Origin: a virus
Strand: one strand, 5' to 3'
UHGV virus genome: UHGV-1421865
Length of the DNA stretch: 64,000 nucleotides
Shown: positions 51,174 to 59,111 of the stretch, in pieces
Position numbering within the stretch: position 1 is the first letter of the stretch
Layout of the letters: each line of letters starts with the position of its first letter
Notes under the pieces: generated by a model
Seen by the model: only the letters and a program-made list of their open reading frames with translations
Told to the model about the DNA's origin: nothing
The model's database searches: none
Translations under genes and position numbers: made by a program

Positions 51174-51193
51174 TTTTTACTATTGAAAAAATA

Positions 51194-51229
51194 AAAAGAG
51201 ACTGTGCAGTTACTTGTACAGTCTCTTTT
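51194..51229 (+). terminator. Hairpin plus T-run terminator
   Basis: agagactgtgcag...ctgtacagtctcttttttg. Confidence 0.6.
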
Positions 51230-51250
51230 TTGTCAACTTATCAAAACATA

Positions 51251-51400
51251 CAAAAATTTGCTCTGTATCGCATTATTTTTCTTAGCCTTGGTGTAACTAA
51301 GGTCACTACATTTGAGTGCGTCAGAGGGCCTTAAAAGTGCCTTTATGAAGACGTAGGGTATTTACATACCAGTATGCAAAACAGAAACAACACAAAAACT
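51251..51400 (+). repeat. Conserved element, copy 6, between convergent terminators
   Basis: tttgctctgtatcgcattatttttcttagccttggtgtaactaaggtcactacatttgagtgcgtcagagggccttaaaagtgcctttatg...cagtatgcaaaacagaaacaacac. Confidence 0.8.
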
Positions 51401-51428
51401 ATAAAATTAGATTGAAATATAAAGAAAA

Positions 51429-51466
51429 AAGACTGTACAAGTAACTGTACAGTCTCTTTTTAGTTT
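51429..51466 (-). terminator. Hairpin terminator after the minus-strand gene at 51465
   Basis: agactgtacaagtaactgtacagtct with a flanking T-run on the minus strand. Confidence 0.55.
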
Positions 51467-51938
51467 AGTAAAATACCAGACCCAGTGATCTGTCGATGAT
51501 ATAATTACTGTCGTTGATAGTTTGTTCGTTCGGTGCTCTGGTATCTGAAAGTAGCTTCTTGAAATTGTCCGATTCGTTATTGACACTGATATTTACATCG
51601 TCGTCTTTATCTGGTGTAACAAATTCAGATGCTTTCCGTGTCTTTTTGATAAATTCCATAACAGTCTCTACACTTGGTATATAAAGAATATCGTCTTCAT
51701 TTATCTCGAACGGATTACTAATACCGTTTACCTTACAAATTATATCGGCATAATCGTCTTCACCGTACATTGCCAAGGATATAAGATCAGGACGGGCGAC
51801 ATAATGTGCATTCACTACTATCGGTTGTCCCGACATTATATCTAACGGTATAACGTTATCTGTTAGTAGGTCGATAAATTCTTCACCGTCGACATTAACA
51901 GTTGCTTTGGTGTCCAAAATCTTATATTCTAACGCCAT
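51465..51938 (-). CDS. Hypothetical protein
   Basis: 157-aa ORF. Confidence 0.5.
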   Translation of the reverse strand: MALEYKILDTKATVNVDGEEFIDLLTDNVIPLDIMSGQPIVVNAHYVARPDLISLAMYGEDDYADIICKVNGISNPFEINEDDILYIPSVETVMEFIKKTRKASEFVTPDKDDDVNISVNNESDNFKKLLSDTRAPNEQTINDSNYIIDRSLGLVFY

Positions 51939-51950
51939 TGTTTTATATTA

Positions 51951-52424
51951 TCATTTCACTACTAACGTAGACGGCTCACCTACTACACTTTCAGACACTG
52001 TTTCTGTGGCTTTATGATCTTCAGGTTCAGGCACAACGGGAGACGACAAGACACTGTCATGTACGTCAGCTTTATGATCCTCAGGTTCAGGTGCTGTGAG
52101 AGAAGTTACTACAGTGTCATGTACATTGGCTTTATGTTCTTCTGATGCTACTGCCGCCACGGTTACTGTCTCTCCAGCAACGTCGCCTAAAACGGGCACT
52201 GTAGGTGTCACTAAACTGTCACCATCAGTATCTGTTAATGTAGTGTCAATAGCTTTTCTAAATGCAGCAGCTTCTGCATTGGCATCTGTTTTACCGACAG
52301 ACCATTTGATAAAGTCGTGTAGTGCCTTTTGTTCGTCTGTTTTAGGATCCAGTGCTGTGTTAAAATCGGCTTCACTGATGTGTACAAGACCGGTTAGATC
52401 AAGAAATTTTTGGTATAGTGTCAT
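51951..52424 (-). CDS. Hypothetical protein with an internal duplicated segment
   Basis: APEPEDHKADVHDSVLSSPV and APEPEDHKANVHDTVVTSLT occur as a repeat. Confidence 0.5.
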   Translation of the reverse strand: MTLYQKFLDLTGLVHISEADFNTALDPKTDEQKALHDFIKWSVGKTDANAEAAAFRKAIDTTLTDTDGDSLVTPTVPVLGDVAGETVTVAAVASEEHKANVHDTVVTSLTAPEPEDHKADVHDSVLSSPVVPEPEDHKATETVSESVVGEPSTLVVK

Positions 52425-52510
52425 TATCTTAAAGTATATATACGTTACTATATAAATAATCCGAATACGCCTGATTTTTGATATATAAGATAAATTATAG
52501 TATAAACAAG

Positions 52511-54901
52511 ATGTTATCGTTCCCCAATGGTCTAAATGTAGGCGGTGTCAATATGCACCCAGAAGGCAAGTCGCAAGCGACGAAAGTAAAAACACAGAAC
52601 GTAAAGGTTCCTATGCAGTCGGCGTTGGAGCGTCTTCGCGCTGTGAATATCAATATGAATCCTTATATTAAAACCAGTCTTTATGACAGTCAATACGTCG
52701 ATATTACATCAAATACAGAATATACACCACAATCAATACTTCAAAGCGGTAGTAATAGACCCGGTGACCCATTTATAGAGAACCCGTTTACAGAGCCTCA
52801 ACGCTTCATTGCCGGAATGAACAGATACCGTTTTGTATATAATGCTAAATTGAAACAACTCGTCGACGCTGGTTTATTAAAAGATTCCAAAACGCCACAG
52901 GCGCGGTATGTAGAAAGCGGGCCGAATACGATAGTAACATCTATATTTAATCCTCTTTATTGTGTACAGGTTCGCGGTATCGCACCGAATGTGCCCCTAC
53001 TCGACACACATAAGTCCGACGGTGTATCGGTCGCCGATAATATATCAAATTGTACTATCCGAGAACTTGTCGGTCTATCGCAGAAGAGATCGTCGGTACT
53101 GGGACAGGCACGTTATAAGTTCGCGGATTTCATGTACTGTTACGATTTAGGTAAATTTGCCAATAACCATCTTATAACACTGAGGAAGTTCGCTCACCCT
53201 GTCGGCGATAATATCTTTAAGTACACATCGGGTAAGCACAGAAAAAATACCAGAATGGATAACGGACAAGATGTCGCTCGTCTTGTTACCTGGTTCGGAA
53301 CAGAAGATAACAAACTAGAAAATATCTTAAGATACAGTTATAAAGCAACATGGAAACCCTTGAATTCAGAAATCCAAGAGATCGATACCGACTCAGAGAG
53401 CCAGGACAGAGGCATTGTCGGTTATATCGGTAACTCTATCAATGCGGCACACAATACCTACCAAGGCGGTGATTACGTGTCTGGTAAGAGCGTCTGGACT
53501 GATTTAGGTAGCTGGGTGATGAAAGCTACACCGTTGAGTAAGTTACTTAATACAGAGCCACACGGTACAGCAAACGACGCAGTACTTAGAAATTACGACA
53601 GTAATAAAGTATACACACCGAAAGATACGGTACAGAGTACGCATATCTACGAAGGTAAATTAGAAATGTCACAAGACATCACGTTGGTTTTTCGTTATAA
53701 GCTACGGTCGTACGACAATATCAATCCGAAATCGGCATTTTTGGACCTTATCGGTAATATATTAGAATTAACCTACCGACGAGGACATTTCTGGGGTGGT
53801 TCTAGAAAAATGATAGGTCCGCCTCAAAATATGGCGGTATACAAGAAGGTGAACGCTTTTATCGATAACAGCTTTGATAAATTAGGTGGTTTCGCCGCCG
53901 CTTTGGGTAACGGTACATTAGACTTGGGAAGTGTTGTCGCGTCAATCAGCTCCGCCATAACATCGGGTGCCGGTAAGGTTGTTGATGCCGCATCGAAGGC
54001 TGCGTCGGGTATCGCGTCCGGAAAAGTGAATATCGTACAGTCTATCTTCAGTGGTCTAAATAATATAAATAACAAATTCGGTGTATCGCATGCCTTAAAG
54101 GGACAGTTAAAGGCTGCATTGGGACGCCCTGCACTGTACGCGATGAATTCCTTACTGAGCGGTGATAACGTCGGTCTATGGCACCTTACTATCGGTAATC
54201 CTAAGAATCCTATCGCCGCTATCGGTAACCTTATATTAGAAGACTCTACCATAGAACATACCGGGCCGTTGGGTATCGATGATTTCCCTACTGAGATTAA
54301 AGTAACGGTGAAATTAAAGAACGCAAAACCTCGCGACCTTACAGAAATCAGTCGCATGTACACCCACGGTGTTAATTCTATTTATATGTCGAACGCTCGT
54401 AATAAACTCGGTGACTTTTATAGTTATAGTGGTTTCGACGAAGATAAATTAGACCAAGCACAAGCCAATGCACATGCCGCGGCGGTGCGGGCAGAAAGAA
54501 GTCGTGCTAAAGATGCAGCGTCCGTCGCAAAGAGTGCAACCGATGCACAAAAGAATGCCGACAGTGTAAATGCGGCATCGGGAACACCTCAAAAAACAAA
54601 GGATGTAAAACGACAGAATCAGCAACAATCACCGGTACAAACCCCCGACGACGGTCAACAAACACCGGTACAGGACAGTAAAGAAACAAAATCAGCCGAT
54701 AGTGCAGCAGAAACCGCCGATGTCGCCGTAGCAAAAGAATTAGATGCAGCATACGAAAAGGCCGATGATTTAGCTGTGAACGACGTAGATACATTTGATG
54801 ACATTGACCCTGAAATAACTAGTAAGAATAATGAGTTACACCATCAAGGGGGTTACGAACGTGCGATAGAACTTCGACAAAATATCGATGAGATCGCTTG
54901 A
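52511..54901 (+). CDS. Large virion protein of about 796 aa with a Gly/Ala/Ser-rich segment and a coiled C-terminus
   Basis: The track starts this ORF at a TTG. I prefer the ATG at 52511, which gives MLSFPNG... Confidence 0.55.
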   Translation: MLSFPNGLNVGGVNMHPEGKSQATKVKTQNVKVPMQSALERLRAVNINMNPYIKTSLYDSQYVDITSNTEYTPQSILQSGSNRPGDPFIENPFTEPQRFIAGMNRYRFVYNAKLKQLVDAGLLKDSKTPQARYVESGPNTIVTSIFNPLYCVQVRGIAPNVPLLDTHKSDGVSVADNISNCTIRELVGLSQKRSSVLGQARYKFADFMYCYDLGKFANNHLITLRKFAHPVGDNIFKYTSGKHRKNTRMDNGQDVARLVTWFGTEDNKLENILRYSYKATWKPLNSEIQEIDTDSESQDRGIVGYIGNSINAAHNTYQGGDYVSGKSVWTDLGSWVMKATPLSKLLNTEPHGTANDAVLRNYDSNKVYTPKDTVQSTHIYEGKLEMSQDITLVFRYKLRSYDNINPKSAFLDLIGNILELTYRRGHFWGGSRKMIGPPQNMAVYKKVNAFIDNSFDKLGGFAAALGNGTLDLGSVVASISSAITSGAGKVVDAASKAASGIASGKVNIVQSIFSGLNNINNKFGVSHALKGQLKAALGRPALYAMNSLLSGDNVGLWHLTIGNPKNPIAAIGNLILEDSTIEHTGPLGIDDFPTEIKVTVKLKNAKPRDLTEISRMYTHGVNSIYMSNARNKLGDFYSYSGFDEDKLDQAQANAHAAAVRAERSRAKDAASVAKSATDAQKNADSVNAASGTPQKTKDVKRQNQQQSPVQTPDDGQQTPVQDSKETKSADSAAETADVAVAKELDAAYEKADDLAVNDVDTFDDIDPEITSKNNELHHQGGYERAIELRQNIDEIA

Positions 54902-54914
54902 TTTAGAAGAAGTC

Positions 54915-55070
54915 AGAAAATCTGCCCTCTAACGCACGATTTTTCTTTGACCTTGGTACTACTAAGGTCGCTACATTTGAGTGCGCCAGAGAGCCTAAAA
55001 AGTGCCTTTACGTGGACGTCAGATATTTACACATCAGTATGCAAAACAGAAACGTCAAAATAACCAACCC
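54915..55070 (+). repeat. Conserved element, copy 7; the strong terminator at 55082 follows
   Basis: ctgccctctaacgcacgatttttctttgaccttggtactactaaggtcgctacatttgagtgcgccagagagcctaaaaagtgcctttacgtggacgtc...cagtatgcaaaacagaaacgtcaaaataacc. Confidence 0.85.
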
Positions 55071-55081
55071 AACATAACAAA

Positions 55082-55126
55082 AATGCCTGTCGAAGGAACT
55101 TGTTGATTCCTTTAGACAGGCATTTT
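55082..55126 (+). terminator. Strong hairpin plus T-run terminator after element copy 7
   Basis: aaaatgcctgtc...gacaggcatttttatatttt. Confidence 0.6.
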
Positions 55127-55159
55127 TATATTTTGTTGTTTGTCACAGATATAAAGCTA

Positions 55160-55320
55160 TAAAAACTTGCCCTCTAACGCACGATTTTTCTTTGACCTTG
55201 GTGTTGGTAAGGTCAACTAATTTGAGTGCGTCAGAGGGGCTAAAAAGTGCCTTTACGGACGTGTGATGATTCTGTACGTCGGTGTACAAAACAGAAACCA
55301 CCCAATCAGCCCCAATATAT
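55160..55320 (+). repeat. Conserved element, copy 8, in tandem with copy 7; a hairpin follows
   Basis: cttgccctctaacgcacgatttttctttgaccttggtgttggtaaggtcaactaatttgagtgcgtcagaggggctaaaaagtgcctttacggacgtg...gtacaaaacagaaaccacccaatc. Confidence 0.85.
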
Positions 55321-55522
55321 AACAAAAATGTCTGCCGAGGAACGAACAAGAAACCCTCGACAGACAAATAATAGCAATTCTTAAGTCAGGATAAGTAATA
55401 ACTTTCCTAACACCCATGATGTTGTTATTAGTCATCTAGATATACGTTGATCTATATCAGTTTTACGTGATAATGGTACGATTCTATTGCCTCTGCAGCG
55501 ACAATAGACATTCTCATTTTAG

Positions 55523-55595
55523 TACGGCCACTGGGATTCAAACCCAGGTAGTCCCTTTAGAAGAGGGATATTCTATTCAATTGAATTATAGCCGC
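55523..55595 (-). tRNA. tRNA-Arg(TCT)
   Basis: Hand fold: acceptor GCGGCTA/TGGCCGT with two G-U pairs, D stem ATTC/GAAT, anticodon arm TCCCT-cttctaa-AGGGA, T arm CTGGG-tttgaat-CCCAG. Confidence 0.65.
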
Positions 55596-55604
55596 ATGTA
55601 AGTG

Positions 55605-55703
55605 TGGTATCTACAAGAATTGAACTTGTGACACACGGATTTTCAGTCCCACGCTCTGGTCAACTGCGTTGACTTACTTTGTCACCAACTGAGCTACATC
55701 ACC
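55605..55703 (-). pseudogene. Degenerate tRNA-Phe(GAA)-like locus with a 26-nt hairpin inserted in the D-loop
   Basis: Has GTAGCTCAGTTGGT...AGAGC, a CTGAAAA anticodon loop and a T arm ACAAG-ttcaatt-CTTGT. The acceptor strands and the anticodon stem do not pair. Confidence 0.35.
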
Positions 55704-55705
55704 GA

Positions 55706-55781
55706 TGGTTGCCTTGCAAGGATTCGAACCTCGACTATTTGAACCAAAATCAAATGTGCTAAACCATTACACCACAAGGCA
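55706..55781 (-). tRNA. tRNA-Gln(TTG), CCA encoded
   Basis: Acceptor TGCCTTG/CAAGGCA, anticodon arm TTTGA-ttttggt-TCAAA, T loop ttcgaat, 3' ACCA. Confidence 0.7.
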
Positions 55782-55811
55782 AGACAATTATTGTGTACTA
55801 TACACAATCAG

Positions 55812-55885
55812 TCACGCCGGTGGGACTCGAACTCACAACTCCTTGCTCCCAAAGCAAGTACCTTAACCGATTAGGCTACAGCGTG
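55812..55885 (-). tRNA. tRNA-Pro(TGG)
   Basis: Anticodon arm CTTGC-tttggga-GCAAG and T loop ttcgagt; the acceptor has one wobble pair. Confidence 0.65.
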
Positions 55886-56022
55886 GGATCTTATAGTGTT
55901 CATGACCACATATAAGATCTGTACGATGAAAGGCTACACATCGCCATGTAAGATTTGTATTTTATACAAATCACCGACCGTTAGGCTATATTTTTATAAA
56001 AAATAGCTGTCGGGCACTGTCG

Positions 56023-56109
56023 CGGAAGGTGCAAGATTCGAACTTGCGGTACAGTTACCTGTACATCTCCTTAGCAGGGAGACGGTTTAAGCCACTCACC
56101 CAACCTTCC
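56023..56109 (-). tRNA. tRNA-Ser(GCT), class II
   Basis: Acceptor GGAAGGT/ACCTTCC, anticodon arm TCTCC-ctgctaa-GGAGA, long variable arm, T arm GCAAG-ttcgaat-CTTGC. Confidence 0.8.
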
Positions 56110-56114
56110 TAAAA

Positions 56115-56195
56115 ATAGTCCCAGGCCAGGATTCGAACCTGAATTTCGTCTCCAATGAGACGTGTATTAGCCTTTATACTAACTGAGTAATATAG
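56115..56195 (-). pseudogene. tRNA-like remnant: a T arm is present, but there is no foldable anticodon arm or 5' acceptor
   Basis: caggTTCGAATcctg T arm; the central segment forms a cgtctc-attg-gagacg mini-hairpin instead of an anticodon arm. Confidence 0.3.
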
Positions 56196-56270
56196 TTGCG
56201 GGAGGGGGACTCGAACCCAACCGATCTTCAGCTTATGAGGCTGACGAGATGCCATCTTCTCTATCCCGCG
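56196..56270 (-). tRNA. Initiator-type tRNA-fMet(CAT)
   Basis: Starts CGCGGGA and ends TCCCGCAA, giving a C1-A72 mismatch as in bacterial tRNA-fMet. Anticodon arm is TCAGC-ctcataa-GCTGA. Confidence 0.65.
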
Positions 56271-56280
56271 ATATTTTGAT

Positions 56281-56580
56281 TTAGTTTTCCATTTTTGGTT
56301 TATAAGATACTGTCTTAATTTCTTCACCTTCAAAAGCATAGCAATTAACATCACAATCAGAAGCCAGCATGTATTCACTGTATACATTAGATAAACCTTC
56401 AATACCCAAAATACCGTCTTCTAATTGAAAGTAAGAAGTGCTGGTTTCGTACCATCTATGACGGTTTATATCAATGTTACTTGCTAATTGTGTTTCGTAG
56501 TCAATTACACTTTCTGCATCGTCTATATAATAGAGTTCTTCAGAATTATTTATTCGTTCTATTGCTTCTTTTAGTTTCAT
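56281..56580 (-). CDS. Hypothetical protein
   Basis: 99-aa ORF. Confidence 0.4.
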   Translation of the reverse strand: MKLKEAIERINNSEELYYIDDAESVIDYETQLASNIDINRHRWYETSTSYFQLEDGILGIEGLSNVYSEYMLASDCDVNCYAFEGEEIKTVSYKPKMEN

Positions 56581-56586
56581 AATTAA

Positions 56587-56770
56587 ATTGAATTAAAAAC
56601 AAATGTCGTCATGCCAATTGCTTAACATATCACTACGGAATTCTTTCGCATCATCTAAATACTCAGACAAAAACGAAGACACTTCCTTAAAGTTGCTTAT
56701 GTCACCATTAAAGGGTACGTTAAGTACATCTTGACAAAATCTAACGGCAGCTTTTTGTCTTTCTGTTGTC
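56587..56770 (-). CDS. Small hypothetical protein of about 60 aa
   Basis: Hand translation gives MTTERQKAAVRFCQDVLNVPFNGDISNFKEVSSFLSEYLDDAKEFRSDMLSNWHDDICF. Confidence 0.3.
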
Positions 56771-56773
56771 ATA

Positions 56774-56846
56774 AGTTCGCTCGCTGGAACTCGAATCCAG
56801 GACTCCTTGATTAAAAGTCAAGTGCTCTACCAACTGAGCTACGAGC
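56774..56846 (-). tRNA. tRNA-Lys(TTT)
   Basis: Acceptor TCGCTCG/CGAGCGA, D arm GCTC-agttggtag-AGC, anticodon arm CTTGA-cttttaa-TCAAG, T arm CTGGA-ttcgagt-TCCAG. Confidence 0.8.
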
Positions 56847-56867
56847 GATTCTATAAACTATACAAGT

Positions 56868-56941
56868 TGCGGACAATGCAGGATTCGAACCTGCGACCTA
56901 CTGATTAACAGTCAGCCGCTCTAACCATCTGAGCTAAATGT
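56868..56941 (-). tRNA. tRNA-Asn(GTT)
   Basis: Anticodon loop ctgttaa, D arm GCTC-agatggtta-GAGC, T arm GCAGG-ttcgaat-CCTGC, discriminator G. Confidence 0.75.
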
Positions 56942-56955
56942 CCATACTCTATTAT

Positions 56956-57027
56956 AGAGCTTCCTGTCAGAGTCGAACTGACAACCTCTTCATTACAAGT
57001 GAAGCGCACTGCCATTGTGCTAAGGAA
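56956..57027 (-). tRNA. tRNA-Thr(TGT)
   Basis: Acceptor GCTTCCT/AGGAAGC, anticodon arm CTTCA-cttgtaa-TGAAG, T arm GTCAG-ttcgact-CTGAC. Confidence 0.8.
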
Positions 57028-57147
57028 GCGAATGCTTCCAGTATATCACGTTAGTGACATTAAGGAAGCGAATGCTTCCAGTATATCACGTTAGTGACAT
57101 TAAGGAAGCGAATGCTTCCAGTATATCACGTTAGTGACATTAAGGAA
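57021..57147. repeat. 40-bp tandem direct repeat, 3.2 copies, starting inside the 5' end of tRNA-Thr
   Basis: Unit aggaagcgaatgcttccagtatatcacgttagtgacatta, three times and perfect. Each unit holds the palindrome ggaagc-gaat-gcttcc and a TATACT (-10-like) on the tRNA strand. Confidence 0.85.
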
Positions 57148-57215
57148 GCAGGTGTAGTCTAAATTAGACTTTGATTGTGGTGTAAAATCACGCTAATTAA
57201 ACTACATTCATTGAG

Positions 57216-57290
57216 GGTGTCCTATGGGATTCGAACCCATGACCTTCAGAACCACAATCTGACGTTCTAACCGTCTGAACTAAGGACAAC
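57216..57290 (-). tRNA. tRNA-His(GTG) with an encoded G-1
   Basis: Anticodon arm TCAGA-ttgtggt-TCTGA, D arm GTTC-agacggtta-GAAC, T arm ATGGG-ttcgaat-CCCAT. The extra 5' G pairs with discriminator C73, a His-specific feature. Confidence 0.7.
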
Positions 57291-57388
57291 ATGATGGTGG
57301 AAAAACGACTGCGCCCCACCTACGCAAGGTCTTCAAAGACCACCGACCGTGTTTTATAGTTAACTATAAAAGTAATCAGGTACTGTCG

Positions 57389-57488
57389 TGGACCAGGTAG
57401 GACTTGAACCTACGACTCTGGAAAACAAACTAGAGAAAGGAGGTTAAACTAGTGTGAATTCGGCTCTGGCCATCTGAGCTACTGGTCC
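57389..57488 (-). pseudogene. Interrupted or intron-like tRNA gene: acceptor, D and T arms are canonical, but the anticodon and variable region is 49 nt
   Basis: GGACCAG-TA-GCTC-agatggcca-GAGC and GTAGG-ttcaagt-CCTAC-CTGGTCC-A. No 17-nt anticodon arm can be folded. The insert carries an actag/ctagt stem and, on the opposite strand, AAGGAGGT followed by GTG then TGA. Confidence 0.45.
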
Positions 57489-57582
57489 GGTTGACGGTCA
57501 AACGCTCCACACCGTCGGGTGGATGTCTGTACTAAACAGACAACAAACAGTATGCTTGAATCAGAGGCCGTTGTGCTTATTG

Positions 57583-57657
57583 ACAGTGTTATAGGATTCG
57601 AAACTACATCTCTTGATTCAAAACATCAAGGCTCTACCAATCTTTGAGCTAGACACC
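57583..57657 (-). pseudogene. tRNA-like locus with a Lys-type anticodon arm; the acceptor does not pair
   Basis: D arm GCTC-aaagattggta-GAGC and anticodon arm CTTGAT-gttttga-ATCAAG are fine; the T stem and acceptor are aberrant. Confidence 0.3.
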
Positions 57658-57864
57658 GCGCATGTAGTTTTTCTATGCCCACATAAACTACAAAAATGTT
57701 CTGTTTGCTATGTATTCTTTGAACACGTAGTGTTCATACGTTGAACAGCTGTCTGTTTGAGGTTAATTCTGTGCACAGAAACATAGCCTTAACATGGGTC
57801 TTTACAATATGATTTGCAACGCAATACGATTCGTACTAAGCACGACACCAGTATTGTTCTATTT

Positions 57865-57898
57865 ATAATAATAGCGAACTTTGTGAGGTAAATCAGCG
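57865..57898 (-). promoter_or_regulatory. Sigma70-like promoter with the conserved spacer, upstream of the tRNA block
   Basis: On the minus strand: cTGATTtacctcacaaagttcgcTATTAT. Confidence 0.5.
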
Positions 57899-57923
57899 TA
57901 ATTTACAAGAAAAATCAGTAAAG

Positions 57924-58271
57924 TCAATCATTAAATTCATAATTTAGTACCTTACGGACTTTTTTATAAGTGCTAATTACTATCTGGTCGTTATAGACCC
58001 AATAGGTTTCCTCTTCATTGTGAGGGGGGATTCCACTGTTTATTTTCTTTAGATAAAAGAGAATGAATATCAGCAGCGTAACGAAACAAAGGTAGTGTAC
58101 GTTACCGATAAGCAACAACAGTATATGCCACAGTTTAACTCGGAAATTCCTATTAGGGTACCTGTGTACATTAAAACCTCGGTGGTCTACATCGAAATCG
58201 TAGTACTGTGTATTGAACAACACACGTAGTTCTATTAGAAACAGAACAATACCTGGTACATACCACATCAT
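57924..58271 (-). CDS. Membrane protein with two or three TM helices
   Basis: Hydrophobic N-terminus MMWYVPGIVLFLIELRVLF and LLLIGNVHYLCFVTLLIFILFYL. Confidence 0.45.
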   Translation of the reverse strand: MMWYVPGIVLFLIELRVLFNTQYYDFDVDHRGFNVHRYPNRNFRVKLWHILLLLIGNVHYLCFVTLLIFILFYLKKINSGIPPHNEEETYWVYNDQIVISTYKKVRKVLNYEFND

Positions 58272-58302
58272 ATTTTAAGAACTTAATTAAACTTCAACGT
58301 AT

Positions 58303-58500
58303 TTAGTCATAGCCTTTATAGACTCTTTTGAACTTGTGAACGTCACAGTCTTCAAAGACGACTCTGTTTCTGTGTCTGATGTACCGATTCAATTGATTCT
58401 TCAACCATTTTCTTTCACCGGCCTTGATGTACTTTCTTTTCTTGTGGTCTTTATTGTAAGGCAATAAAGTTGAACACAGTTGTAGTCTACGTAATGCCAT
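58303..58500 (-). CDS. Small basic protein of 65 aa
   Basis: Lys/Arg-rich: KRKYIKAGERKWLKNQLNRYIRHRNR. Confidence 0.35.
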   Translation of the reverse strand: MALRRLQLCSTLLPYNKDHKKRKYIKAGERKWLKNQLNRYIRHRNRVVFEDCDVHKFKRVYKGYD

Positions 58501-58505
58501 ATCTA

Positions 58506-58862
58506 CTAATATAATCCAGCATGTCGCTTAATAGGTTCATAATACAACTCGTCTACTCGTTCGTTGCTGTACTTATCGTTTATTGCGACAACCAGCTTAC
58601 CATCTTTTTCTGAAACAACATACTCAGCAATGGTCCGACCGAACACATAAAGTACGATGTGTAGGTTTTTATAGTTCGAATGATCGAACATCACTTCAAT
58701 TTCATCGAGCAGGGCACATTCATTATGATACAGATACGGCAATGTTTCTACGAAATCGATGATGCTATCGGTATTGGTGAATTTTGAATATGCGCAAAAC
58801 ATAACAAACTCGTCTCTGTCACTATCGACAGGATAACCTGACTTCATTTCTGTGTACAACAT
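58506..58862 (-). CDS. Hypothetical protein
   Basis: 118-aa ORF with a conserved-spacer promoter immediately upstream. Confidence 0.5.
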   Translation of the reverse strand: MLYTEMKSGYPVDSDRDEFVMFCAYSKFTNTDSIIDFVETLPYLYHNECALLDEIEVMFDHSNYKNLHIVLYVFGRTIAEYVVSEKDGKLVVAINDKYSNERVDELYYEPIKRHAGLY

Positions 58863-58904
58863 ACTGTGTAATTTTTACTGGTCTTGTTTCTAACTTGATT
58901 TGTT

Positions 58905-58941
58905 ATATATTATATAGTCTACTTTATGAATAAAATCAACT
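58905..58941 (-). promoter_or_regulatory. Sigma70-like promoter with the conserved spacer
   Basis: On the minus strand: TTGATTttattcataaagtagacTATATAAT. Confidence 0.55.
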
Positions 58942-59111
58942 TATGTAGTACCAGAAGCGGGACTCATCGTACATGAAAATCTAAATCATTACATTTAGTT
59001 TTCACTTCTTGCTTCAATCTATCACTACTAATTGTAATCAATATCACAATCCCATAGGAGGATAGTCCACAAGCGTAAATTCGGTACTACGAATACCTAC
59101 TAGTTTTGTTC

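Noticed and set aside
56109-56402. 97-aa minus ORF overlapping the tRNA-fMet and tRNA-like loci
   Set aside because: It overlaps confidently folded tRNA genes on the same strand, so it is spurious.
57021-57147. Possible CRISPR array (regular 40-bp repeats)
   Set aside because: The repeats are directly adjacent with no spacers, only 3 copies, and no cas genes. It is a plain tandem duplication.
57290-57360. Possible tRNA between tRNA-His and the interrupted tRNA
   Set aside because: There is only a ggtctt-caa-agacc mini-hairpin and a G-rich segment, with no D or T arm signatures.
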